Shown here piece by piece: positions 19,616 to 28,266 of a stretch of DNA of 64,000 nt. The position numbers and the translations under genes were made by a program. A model generated the notes under the pieces. The model had not been told where the DNA came from. It saw only the letters and a list, made by a program, of their open reading frames with translations, and searched no databases. Every line of letters starts with the position of its first letter. Position 1 is the stretch's first letter. Source of the stretch: Burkholderiales bacterium (GTDB lineage: Bacteria; Pseudomonadota; Gammaproteobacteria; Burkholderiales; SG8-41); assembly GCA_050250695.1 (NCBI GenBank), contig JBFWOE010000003.1:4726-68725 (forward strand). Direction: 5' to 3'.

Positions 19616-20722
19616 ATGTTGTCGGAATTCACTCTTGCTTCCGCGCCGCGCGGCCATCGCCTGGCCGCAATCGCCGCGCTAGCTTACAGTCTGGTCATCA
19701 TCTACGCCAGCCTGCAACCTTTCACAGGCTGGCGCATGTCGCCGGAACCGTTCGGTGCGTTTCTGTCGGCGCCATGGCCGCGCTGGATCACCGTCGAAGA
19801 TGTCCTCTTCAACTTCGCCGCCTACGTGCCGTTCGGGTTTCTGCTGGCGCTTTCCCTGTCTCGACGACACAGCATAATGACGACCGTACTGCTGTCGGCC
19901 ACCGCCTGCATCGCGTTGAGCCTCGCCCTGGAATCGCTGCAACAGTACCTGCCGGGGCGGTTCGCTTCAAACGTCGATCTGCTGGTCAACAGCACCGGCG
20001 GTACGGTCGGCGCATTGATTGCCCCCGTGTTCTCGCCGCAGCAGCGCCCGGGACAGGTGCTCGCGCAACTGCGTTACCGCTGGTTCATGGTGGGGCCGCG
20101 CGGCGACATGGTGCTGGTACTGGCCGGCCTCTGGCTGGTCGCGCAGATGCATGTGCCATTGATCACGCTGGGCAGCGGCGACCTGCGCGGCATCATCGGC
20201 ACCGGCGAACTGTTCCCCTACAGCCCGGACGCCTACCTGCTGGCAGAGGCCGGGGTCGTCGCGCTCAACACCGCCGGGCTCGGCCTGTTGCTGGCCGCCG
20301 CATCGCGCAACACCGATTTCGGTTACTGGCGCGCGCTGGTGCTGCTGATTGCCGGCGCCTGCACGATAAAAACCGTCATCGCGGTACTGCTCCTCGATGC
20401 TTCCAGGCCCTGGAGCTGGTGGACGCCGGGGCTGGGCATGGGACTCGCCGCGGCCTTGATCGTGCTGCCCTTGCTCAAGCGGCTGTCGTACCGGGGTCGC
20501 AGTGCAGCGGCGCTGCTGGCGCTGGTCGCCGCGGTGGTCCTGGTCAACGGCATGCCCGAAAATCCCTACCGCATCGCACCTGCCCACCTGCTTGCCGGCC
20601 GCACCAGCCATTTCCTCAGTTTTGCCGGCATGACGCGCGCCCTGTCCGACCTGTGGCCTTTTCTGGCCATGCTGTTTCTGCTGCTGAGCCTTCCGTGGCG
20701 CCATGCCGCAGACCATGAATGA
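19616..20722 (+). CDS. VanZ-family membrane protein (long form)
   Basis: The N-terminal 'LESLQQYLPGRFASNVDLLVNSTGGTVGALI' is a VanZ-like block, followed by further TM helices. Confidence 0.65.
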   Translation: MLSEFTLASAPRGHRLAAIAALAYSLVIIYASLQPFTGWRMSPEPFGAFLSAPWPRWITVEDVLFNFAAYVPFGFLLALSLSRRHSIMTTVLLSATACIALSLALESLQQYLPGRFASNVDLLVNSTGGTVGALIAPVFSPQQRPGQVLAQLRYRWFMVGPRGDMVLVLAGLWLVAQMHVPLITLGSGDLRGIIGTGELFPYSPDAYLLAEAGVVALNTAGLGLLLAAASRNTDFGYWRALVLLIAGACTIKTVIAVLLLDASRPWSWWTPGLGMGLAAALIVLPLLKRLSYRGRSAAALLALVAAVVLVNGMPENPYRIAPAHLLAGRTSHFLSFAGMTRALSDLWPFLAMLFLLLSLPWRHAADHE

Positions 20723-20737
20723 CCCTGGAGTATCGCC

Positions 20738-21106
20738 ATGAAACGCACAGCCACCGCTTCTCCGACACTGGCCAGCCTGCGCCGCGACCTGCGCCGTTTC
20801 GCCGGCGCACGCGACTGGGGACAATTCCATACGCCGAAAAACCTGGCGATGGCGCTCAGCGTCGAGGCCGCCGAACTCCTGGAATGTTTCCAGTGGCTGA
20901 CCCCGGAACAAAGCACGAAACTTGCCGCACGCGAGCGCCGCGCGGTCGAGGAAGAGGTCGCCGACGTGCTGCTCTACCTGCTGCGCCTGACCGACGTCCT
21001 CGACATCGATCCGCTGCAGGCTGCACAGCGCAAGATGAAACTCAACGGGCGCAAGTATCCGGTGTCCCTGGCGCGCGGTTCGGCGCGCAAATACTCAAGA
21101 CGCTGA
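20738..21106 (+). CDS. MazG-like nucleotide pyrophosphohydrolase
   Basis: 'RDWGQFHTPKNLAMALSVEAAELLECFQW' and 'EEVADVLLYLLRL' carry the EExxE/D signature. Confidence 0.8.
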   Translation: MKRTATASPTLASLRRDLRRFAGARDWGQFHTPKNLAMALSVEAAELLECFQWLTPEQSTKLAARERRAVEEEVADVLLYLLRLTDVLDIDPLQAAQRKMKLNGRKYPVSLARGSARKYSRR

Positions 21107-21190
21107 AATTTGCGGGTCCAGGATTCGGGCGCTGACTGTGGCGGGCCCCGGTTATAATCGGGGCTGCGCCTTTTGCTGTTTCCCGTCCCG

Positions 21191-21499
21191 ATGAGCCACT
21201 ACAAACATCACGTGTTTTTCTGCTGTAACCAGCGCGAAGGCGGCGCGCGCTGCTGCTGCCAACACGGCGCGCAGGACATGCGCGACTATGCGAAGCAGAA
21301 AATCAAGGAACTGAAACTGTCCGGCGCCGGCAAGGTGCGCATCAACCAGGCGGGCTGCCTGGACCGCTGCGACGAAGGCCCGGTGATCGTGGTCTATCCC
21401 GAAGCCGTCTGGTACACCTATGTCGACCGCGAAGACATCGATGAAATCATCAGTGAACACCTGCAGCACGGTCGCGTCGTAGAACGCCTGAAAATCTGA
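21191..21499 (+). CDS. thioredoxin-like [2Fe-2S] ferredoxin domain protein
   Basis: 'HHVFFCCNQRE...CCCQ' and 'AGCLDRCDEGPVIVVYPEAVWY' match the family. I took the start at the ATG of 'MSHYKHH'. Confidence 0.75.
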   Translation: MSHYKHHVFFCCNQREGGARCCCQHGAQDMRDYAKQKIKELKLSGAGKVRINQAGCLDRCDEGPVIVVYPEAVWYTYVDREDIDEIISEHLQHGRVVERLKI

Positions 21500-21577
21500 C
21501 ACCGCAGGGATGCGAAACCCGGGCCGCGGCCCGGGGTCAGACAGCACGCAAACCGAATTCATCCTCCTGTTTTCCTG

Positions 21578-22206
21578 ATGCCCGCTCCCGAATCACGCCC
21601 CATGTCCCCGTCGACCCTGCAACGCCTGTCCCTGGACGGCCCTGCCGGAGCACTTGAAACCGACATCAACGCGCCCGCGGAACCGCCGCGCGGCATCGCG
21701 CTGATCGCGCATCCCAACCCGGTGCAGGGCGGCAGCAAGGACAACAAGGTCGTCACCACGCTGGCAAAAACCTTCTTCGGTATGGGCTACATTGCCGCGC
21801 GCCCGAATTTCCGCGGCGTCGGCGCCAGTACCGGCCGGTTTGATGAAGGCAACGGTGAAACCGACGACCTGCTCGCCGTCGCCCGGCACCTGCGCTTGCA
21901 GTACGGCGAACTGCCGCTGCTGCTGGCGGGATTTTCCTTCGGCGCTTTTGTGCAGACCCGTGTCGCGCAGGCGTTGGAGGCTGAAAAACTGGTGCTGGTC
22001 GGTCCTGCCGTCAACCGTTTTCCGGCTGCAACGGTGCCGGCCGGCACACTGGTGATCCACGGCGAGGTCGACGACGTGGTGCCGCTCGCCGCAGTGCTCG
22101 ACTGGGCGCGGCCGCAGCAACTGCCGGTGGTGGTGGTGCCCGGCGGCGAACATTTCTTTCACGGCAAACTGCACCTGCTGGCGGACATCGTGCGCCGGCA
22201 TTGCAC

Positions 22207-22210
<4 letters not shown>
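21578..22210 (+). CDS. alpha/beta hydrolase fold protein
   Basis: '[18 protein letters not shown]', 'LAGFSFGA' (GxSxG-like) and '[10 protein letters not shown]' fit the fold. The start could instead be the ATG at 21602. Confidence 0.7.
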
Positions 22211-23127
<917 letters not shown>

Positions 23128-23142
23128 CATGGCCGCAGGAAC

Positions 23143-23928
23143 ATGACCACAAAGCACTGGACACCTCCGCGGTTCAGCACACGCTTCGTGCATGTGTGGC
23201 GGCGCAACCTGCTGGTGTGGCGCAAGCTCGCCATCCCTTCAATGCTGGGCAACCTCGCCGATCCGCTGCTCTACATGTTCGGCCTCGGCTACGGCCTCGG
23301 CCGCATGCTCAATGACGTCGGCGGCATGTCTTACATCGGTTTCCTTGCCGCCGGCATCGTCTGCTCCAGCACCATGATGAGTTCCTCATTCGAAGCCATG
23401 TATTCGGCGTTCTCGCGCATGCACGTGCAGAAAACCTGGGAAGCCATTCTCAACGCGCCGCTGACCCTGGACGACGTGGTGCTCGGTGAACTGGTGTGGG
23501 CCGCGAGCAAGAGTTTCCTCTCCGGCAGCGCGGTGCTGATCGTCGCCGCGGTGCTGGGCCTGGTGCCGTCACCGCTGGCGCTGGCCGTGGTGCCGCTGAT
23601 CTTCCTCACCGGCCTGGCGTTCGCCGCCATGGGCCTGATCATGACCGCGCTGTCGCCGAGCTACGATTTCTTCATGTACTACTTCACGCTGTGCGTGACG
23701 CCGATGATGCTGCTGTGCGGCGTGTTTTTCCCGCTCAACGAACTGCCGCCCGCGGCGCAGATGCTGGCGCAGCTGCTGCCGCTGACCCATGCCGTCAGCC
23801 TCGCCCGCCCGCTGGTCGCCGGCGAAGTGCCGCCCTCCTGGCTGCTGCACATCACGGTTCTGGCCGCCTATGCGGTCGGCGGCTTTTATGTTGCGCTGGC
23901 GCTGACCCGGCGCCGCCTGCTGACGTAA
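23143..23928 (+). CDS. ABC-2-type exporter permease (NodJ-like)
   Basis: 261 aa with 6 predicted TM segments. It lies directly downstream of the ATPase. Confidence 0.8.
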   Translation: MTTKHWTPPRFSTRFVHVWRRNLLVWRKLAIPSMLGNLADPLLYMFGLGYGLGRMLNDVGGMSYIGFLAAGIVCSSTMMSSSFEAMYSAFSRMHVQKTWEAILNAPLTLDDVVLGELVWAASKSFLSGSAVLIVAAVLGLVPSPLALAVVPLIFLTGLAFAAMGLIMTALSPSYDFFMYYFTLCVTPMMLLCGVFFPLNELPPAAQMLAQLLPLTHAVSLARPLVAGEVPPSWLLHITVLAAYAVGGFYVALALTRRRLLT

Positions 23929-23937
23929 GATGCACCC

Positions 23938-24348
23938 ATGCTCTGGATCAAATCCTTCCACCTGCTGTTCGTGATCTCCTGGTTCGCGGGGCTGTTCTAC
24001 CTGCCGCGCATCCTCGTCAACCTGGCGCTTGAAGACAACGACGCGGCCCGTACCCGCCTGCTGCTGATGGCGCGCAAGCTCTACCGCTTCATGACCCTGC
24101 TGGCGGTGCCGGCGCTGGCCTTCGGCCTGTGGCTGTGGCTGGGCTACGGCATCGGCGGCGGCTGGATGCATGCCAAGCTGGTGCTGGTGGTCCTGCTGAT
24201 CGGTTACCACCACGCCTGCGGCAGCCTGCTGAAAAAATTCGAGCAGGGCCGCAACACCCGCTCTCATGTCTGGTTCCGCTGGTTCAACGAAATCCCGGTG
24301 CTGATCCTGCTCGCCACGGTCATCCTGGTCGTCGTCAAACCGTTCTAG
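23938..24348 (+). CDS. hemJ: protoporphyrinogen oxidase HemJ (UPF0093 family)
   Basis: 'MLWIKSFHLLFVISWFAGLFYLPRI' and 'HAKLVLVVLLIGYHHAC' are typical of HemJ. Confidence 0.8.
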   Translation: MLWIKSFHLLFVISWFAGLFYLPRILVNLALEDNDAARTRLLLMARKLYRFMTLLAVPALAFGLWLWLGYGIGGGWMHAKLVLVVLLIGYHHACGSLLKKFEQGRNTRSHVWFRWFNEIPVLILLATVILVVVKPF

Positions 24349-24353
24349 GCTTC

Positions 24354-24752
24354 ATGCCCCGAAAAATTGCCATGTTCGCACTGGCACTGGCCGCCGCCGT
24401 GCTGCCTGCCGCCGCATACGCCACCGACGCACGCATCATCGTCCAGCAGTCGCCGCTCGCGGGTTTCCAGTATTACGAAGGCAAGGGGCTGTGGGACATG
24501 ATGCGCGTCGGCGACATGCTCACGCTGGTGCGCGAACCGCACAATCCTCACGACGCCAGCGCCGTGCGCATCGAATGGCGCGGCGAAATGCTTGGCTACC
24601 TGCCGCGCCGCGAGAATCGTGATGTTGCAAGGCAGATGGACCACGGCGCACCGGTGAAAGCCCGCATCGTCCGGCTGACCGAAGCGCGCAATCCCTGGCA
24701 GCGCATCCGTTTCGAAGTCTATGTCGACCTCGCCCGTGCATCCGGTCAATGA
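24354..24752 (+). CDS. HIRAN domain protein with N-terminal signal peptide
   Basis: 'MPRKIAMFALALAAAVLPAAAYA' is a signal peptide. 'GFQYYEGKG...GDMLTLVREPHNPHDASAVRIEWRGEMLGYLPRREN' is the HIRAN core. Confidence 0.75.
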   Translation: MPRKIAMFALALAAAVLPAAAYATDARIIVQQSPLAGFQYYEGKGLWDMMRVGDMLTLVREPHNPHDASAVRIEWRGEMLGYLPRRENRDVARQMDHGAPVKARIVRLTEARNPWQRIRFEVYVDLARASGQ

Positions 24753-24778
24753 TTGCGCCAACACTCCCTCACCCCCGA

Positions 24779-24801
24779 CCCCTCTCCCAAAGGGCGAGGG
24801 G
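24779..24801 (+). other. GC-rich hairpin (REP-like or weak terminator) after the HIRAN gene
   Basis: CCCCTCTCCC-AAA-GGGCGAGGGG forms a 10-bp stem with one mismatch. There is no clean T-run, and I saw only one copy in the window. Confidence 0.3.
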
Positions 24802-24848
24802 AGATATTTGCGGCAACCGGTCTGCAAGACCAGCTGCCGGAGTCTAGA

Positions 24849-26003
24849 ATGGAACAGTTTTTCGCCACCTGTCCGCGCGGCCTCGAAGGCGTGCTCGGCG
24901 AAGAACTCGCCGCATTGGGCGCGCAGGACGTGAGCCCGGTCGACGGCGGCACCGGCTTCCGCGGCCCCTACGCGCTCGGTTACCGCGTCAACCTCGAAAG
25001 CCGCATCGCCAGCCGCGTGTTGTGGCGCATCGGCCACTGCCGCTACCGCGACGAAAACGACATCTACGCCGCCGCGCGCAAGCTGCGCTGGGGACAGTGG
25101 TTCAGTGCGAACGAAACCATACGCGTGGAAACCGCCGCGATCAAAAGCCCGCTGCAAAGCCTGGATTTCGTCACGCTGCGCGTCAAGGACGCGGTCTGCG
25201 ACGTGCTGCGCGAGGCCGAAGGCAAACGTCCCGACGTCGATACGCGGCAGCCCGATGTGCGCATCCACCTGTTCCTGACCCGCGACGAGGCGGTGTTCTA
25301 CCTCGACACTTCGGGCGATCCGCTGTTCAAGCGCGGCTGGCGCATCGCCACCGGCGAAGCGCCGCTGCGCGAAAACCTCGCCGCCGGCATCCTCAAACTC
25401 GCGGGCTGGACGCCGGAAAAGCCGCTGCTTGATCCGATGTGCGGCAGCGGCACCTTCCTGATCGAAGCGGCATTGATGGCGATGCGCCGCGCGCCGGGAC
25501 TGAACCGGCGTTTCGGTTTCGAGAAGCTGCGCAACTTCGATGCGGCAGCCTGGACCAGGCTCAAGGCCAAAGCCGCGAAAAATGAAAAAACATCAATAAA
25601 ATCAAATATTTATGGATACGATCGCAGCGGCGACGCGATCGCGCAGGCGCGGCAAAACGTCGCCGCGCTGGGACTGGAATCACGCATCGAACTGAAGCAG
25701 TGCAGCTTCGAGGATTCGAAACCGCCAACCGCCAGCGGCGTGCTGATCACCAACCCGCCGTACGGCGTGCGCCTGGAAGAACTCGACGACCTCGCCGCGT
25801 GGTATCCCAGACTCGGCGACATCCTCAAGCAGCGTTACGCCGGCTGGACCGCCTACATCCTCACCGCCGACCTGCGCATCGCCAAGCTGATGCGGCTGCA
25901 GCCGTCGCGGCGCACGCCGCTGTTCAATGGGGCGCTGGAATGCCGGTTGTTCAAATATGAACTGGTCGCGGGCAGCATGAGGAAAAACAAAGAGGGGGCT
26001 TGA
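24849..26003 (+). CDS. THUMP-domain class I SAM-dependent RNA methyltransferase (RlmL N-domain-like)
   Basis: 'MEQFFATCPRGLEGVLGEEL', 'DPMCGSGTFLIEAA' and 'ITNPPYG' match the family. Confidence 0.85.
   Translation: MEQFFATCPRGLEGVLGEELAALGAQDVSPVDGGTGFRGPYALGYRVNLESRIASRVLWRIGHCRYRDENDIYAAARKLRWGQWFSANETIRVETAAIKSPLQSLDFVTLRVKDAVCDVLREAEGKRPDVDTRQPDVRIHLFLTRDEAVFYLDTSGDPLFKRGWRIATGEAPLRENLAAGILKLAGWTPEKPLLDPMCGSGTFLIEAALMAMRRAPGLNRRFGFEKLRNFDAAAWTRLKAKAAKNEKTSIKSNIYGYDRSGDAIAQARQNVAALGLESRIELKQCSFEDSKPPTASGVLITNPPYGVRLEELDDLAAWYPRLGDILKQRYAGWTAYILTADLRIAKLMRLQPSRRTPLFNGALECRLFKYELVAGSMRKNKEGA
25595..25613. repeat. left copy of an AT-only 19-nt direct repeat (AATAAAATCAAATATTTAT), inside the methyltransferase CDS
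   Basis: I aligned it by eye to 28939-28957. 18 of 19 positions are identical, including a perfect 14-mer AATAAAATCAAATA. Confidence 0.8.
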
Positions 26004-26099
26004 CGTGGAAGTCACCAGCGCTGGGCGGCTGCATCGCGCAGCGTCCGCGTGGACTGCCGGGTTGGGCGAAATGTTGTGAATCTCTATGTCTTTCACCAA

Positions 26100-27038
26100 T
26101 TAAAAGATGCCTTGCCCGGTTTCCGACTTTAAAAGTGCCGCAAGCTGAGAACCAGATTTCAATTTTTCGATGAAGGTACAGCCAGCGTTGTCGCGCTGCC
26201 AATAAGGGCACGCCAGAAAATACGTGTCCAAGAGTCCCGTCGCATTCTGTTTGCGGCGAAGCACCATGTTCTCACCATGAACTGGACAGGTTGCCAGTTC
26301 GACTCCGCGATGGCCTTTAGCAAGATCCGACTTCAGATCACGTAGACGCGTGTCGATGACATCTTCCGTACCCTTGTCAGTGAGGATGATGCCAAACTCC
26401 TCGGCCGTCACGGAAAACTCCGGGGCGGTGGTATCGGTCATCAATCCATAGTCGTTGCGTTGCAGTTTCTCGGTATGGATGCAGACCCGCTTATCTCCTT
26501 GATGGATATACCATCCCGTACACCCCCAATAAAAGTCCTTTGGCTCGGCGACCGAAAGATCGCGTTTCCATTGCAGCTTCATCGGTCGACCGCAGATGCG
26601 GCACGCCTTGCCGAGGGTGTCGGCGAAGGCGTTGTACTGGAGAACGTGTGTGGTCTCGAAATCGATGTCAACCTTGTCGATGACACTTTCAGACTCGATG
26701 ATTTTTTCGGCAGCACGAACCTCTTTACCCTGATTGAGTTCTGAAAGCAGTTGATCCCGCTCGACCCGCAGATCATCCCATCGCCGCCGCGCCCGATCAT
26801 TCAGGCCGCCACTCGACATGCGCTGATTTCGCAAATGCATGATCTCGTCGTTCACCGAACGTAAGCGATCTTTCTTGCGGGTCAGGTCATCGACAAAATT
26901 TGCGCCAGTAGCACCGCCTTGCCGCTTGTAGGCTTCATACCCACGCTTGATGTCAGCAATCACTTGAACCGTGGTGTCCACCAGAACACCGAGCAGTGTG
27001 CCAAAGCCATTGGCTAGACGGTCAAGAAAACCCATCAC
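26100..27038 (-). CDS. island gene C: coiled-coil protein with two topoisomerase-type C4 Zn-ribbon-like domains
   Basis: 312 aa. An N-terminal amphipathic/hydrophobic helix is followed by a charged heptad-like region. 'CRICGRPMKLQWKR...FYWGCTGWY...VCIHTEKL' and 'CPVHGENMVLRRK...YFLACPYWQRDNAGCTFIEKL' follow the CxxCG...M.L....F.GC..(Y/W)...C.(F/H) pattern. The start is GTGATG, overlapping the gene B stop. Confidence 0.7.
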   Translation of the reverse strand: MMGFLDRLANGFGTLLGVLVDTTVQVIADIKRGYEAYKRQGGATGANFVDDLTRKKDRLRSVNDEIMHLRNQRMSSGGLNDRARRRWDDLRVERDQLLSELNQGKEVRAAEKIIESESVIDKVDIDFETTHVLQYNAFADTLGKACRICGRPMKLQWKRDLSVAEPKDFYWGCTGWYIHQGDKRVCIHTEKLQRNDYGLMTDTTAPEFSVTAEEFGIILTDKGTEDVIDTRLRDLKSDLAKGHRGVELATCPVHGENMVLRRKQNATGLLDTYFLACPYWQRDNAGCTFIEKLKSGSQLAALLKSETGQGIF

Positions 27039-28018
27039 ACTTCTCCTTGTAGCAACCGGCCTTGTTGCGCCAGTCGCATCGAAAGCATCCGATCGGTATC
27101 CGCACGGTACGATCTGAGGATGGCTTCCTGATTCCAGAAGTGATCAAACAAGAGACCTCCTGCGAATGCAGCAGGGATGGCCAGCAGCCCGCCACCGACG
27201 GCATAGACCGCAGCACCCGCGAGATTCGCCGCAACAATGCGCTGACCTCGGCGGGCAGTCGCCAGTTTGAACTGGTCAAGCGACCGTTGCCCGACCGACA
27301 CCTTGTACCCCTCCCATGTCGCGATTGCGACCAGAGGGAATAGTGGGCTGAAGTAGTCGAGAAATTGATCGGCGACCGAATCGTCCATTACATCGATAGC
27401 CGACGACACCTGGTCACGCAGGTCATCCTCGCTAATGCCGCTATCGAGTACCAATCCAGTATGAGCGACGTCGTGAGTAGCCAGTATCTCTATGTCAGGG
27501 TAGCGATGCAACGCTTCCTTGATGTAACCAGCGCTATCGGTCGCTTTCAGCTGTAAGTAATCGGCGGTTGCACCGTCAGGGCCGATGATACGCATATCCC
27601 AGCCTGGCTGGTTTAACGATTCGGCCAACTCCGCGCGGTAGCCATCCGGCAGTAAGACTGGCCCAACCTGCTCACCGGCGTTCAATCGATCGGCAACCAA
27701 ATACTCGAAGTACTTTCCCTTGGCAGTATTGACAGATCCTTGTAGTTCTTCGTGGCTAAGGTCAAAGAATCGCTCATCTGACAACGATGGGTTCGTGACT
27801 CGGATCGCCTCTACTAGGCGAGGTTCCAAATCTGATCGGTCTTGATCGAGCAATATCTCTGCTGAAGCAGCAGTCAATGTCAGATCGAACAGGGATTCTC
27901 GATTGGCCTTCAAATATCGCTGGAATGCGTCATAGAACTGCTCACCGGCGGGTCGATCACCGACTGCACCATATTGACGACTCAGCATGCTCAACTTGGA
28001 GCTGGGGACAAGACTCAT
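27035..28018 (-). CDS. island gene B: Mrr-like PD-(D/E)xK nuclease-fold domain plus C-terminal glycine-zipper hydrophobic segment
   Basis: 327 aa. 'GKYFEYLVADRL...PGWDMRIIGPDGATADYLQLKAT' carries the E / D / QxK motif order seen in Mrr-type restriction endonuclease catalytic domains. The C-terminal 'IVAANLAGAAVYAVGGGLLAIPAAFAGGLLF' is a Gly/Ala-rich hydrophobic stretch of about 30 aa. The ATG overlaps the gene A stop as ATGA. Confidence 0.7.
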   Translation of the reverse strand: MSLVPSSKLSMLSRQYGAVGDRPAGEQFYDAFQRYLKANRESLFDLTLTAASAEILLDQDRSDLEPRLVEAIRVTNPSLSDERFFDLSHEELQGSVNTAKGKYFEYLVADRLNAGEQVGPVLLPDGYRAELAESLNQPGWDMRIIGPDGATADYLQLKATDSAGYIKEALHRYPDIEILATHDVAHTGLVLDSGISEDDLRDQVSSAIDVMDDSVADQFLDYFSPLFPLVAIATWEGYKVSVGQRSLDQFKLATARRGQRIVAANLAGAAVYAVGGGLLAIPAAFAGGLLFDHFWNQEAILRSYRADTDRMLSMRLAQQGRLLQGEV

Positions 28019-28236
28019 GATGGTTTGACCAAACTACGTATGCTGGCCAATTCCGTCTTGACCCGCTGCAATTCTGCTACCCACCCCGATGCCGAAATGC
28101 CTTCTGGCTCGAGCCCCAGTCCTTCCTCGATCCGGGATACCCGTCTTTCGATCCGCTGAATGAAGGTATCCATGCCCCCCAACACCTCTTCTACCATCAG
28201 TAGGTGCTGTTCAATTTGCGAGCGCAATTCGGTCAT
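28015..28236 (-). CDS. island gene A: small (73 aa) predicted coiled-coil protein
   Basis: Two charged heptad-like helices, 'ELRSQIEQHLLMVEEVL...FIQRIERRVSRIEEGL' and 'WVAELQRVKTELASIRSL', are present. GAGGAA lies 6 nt upstream of the ATG. Coding status is supported mainly by that RBS and the ATGA coupling to gene B. Confidence 0.6.
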   Translation of the reverse strand: MTELRSQIEQHLLMVEEVLGGMDTFIQRIERRVSRIEEGLGLEPEGISASGWVAELQRVKTELASIRSLVKPS

Positions 28237-28266
28237 CGTCAGTTCCTCGAACAGTTTCGTACTGCC

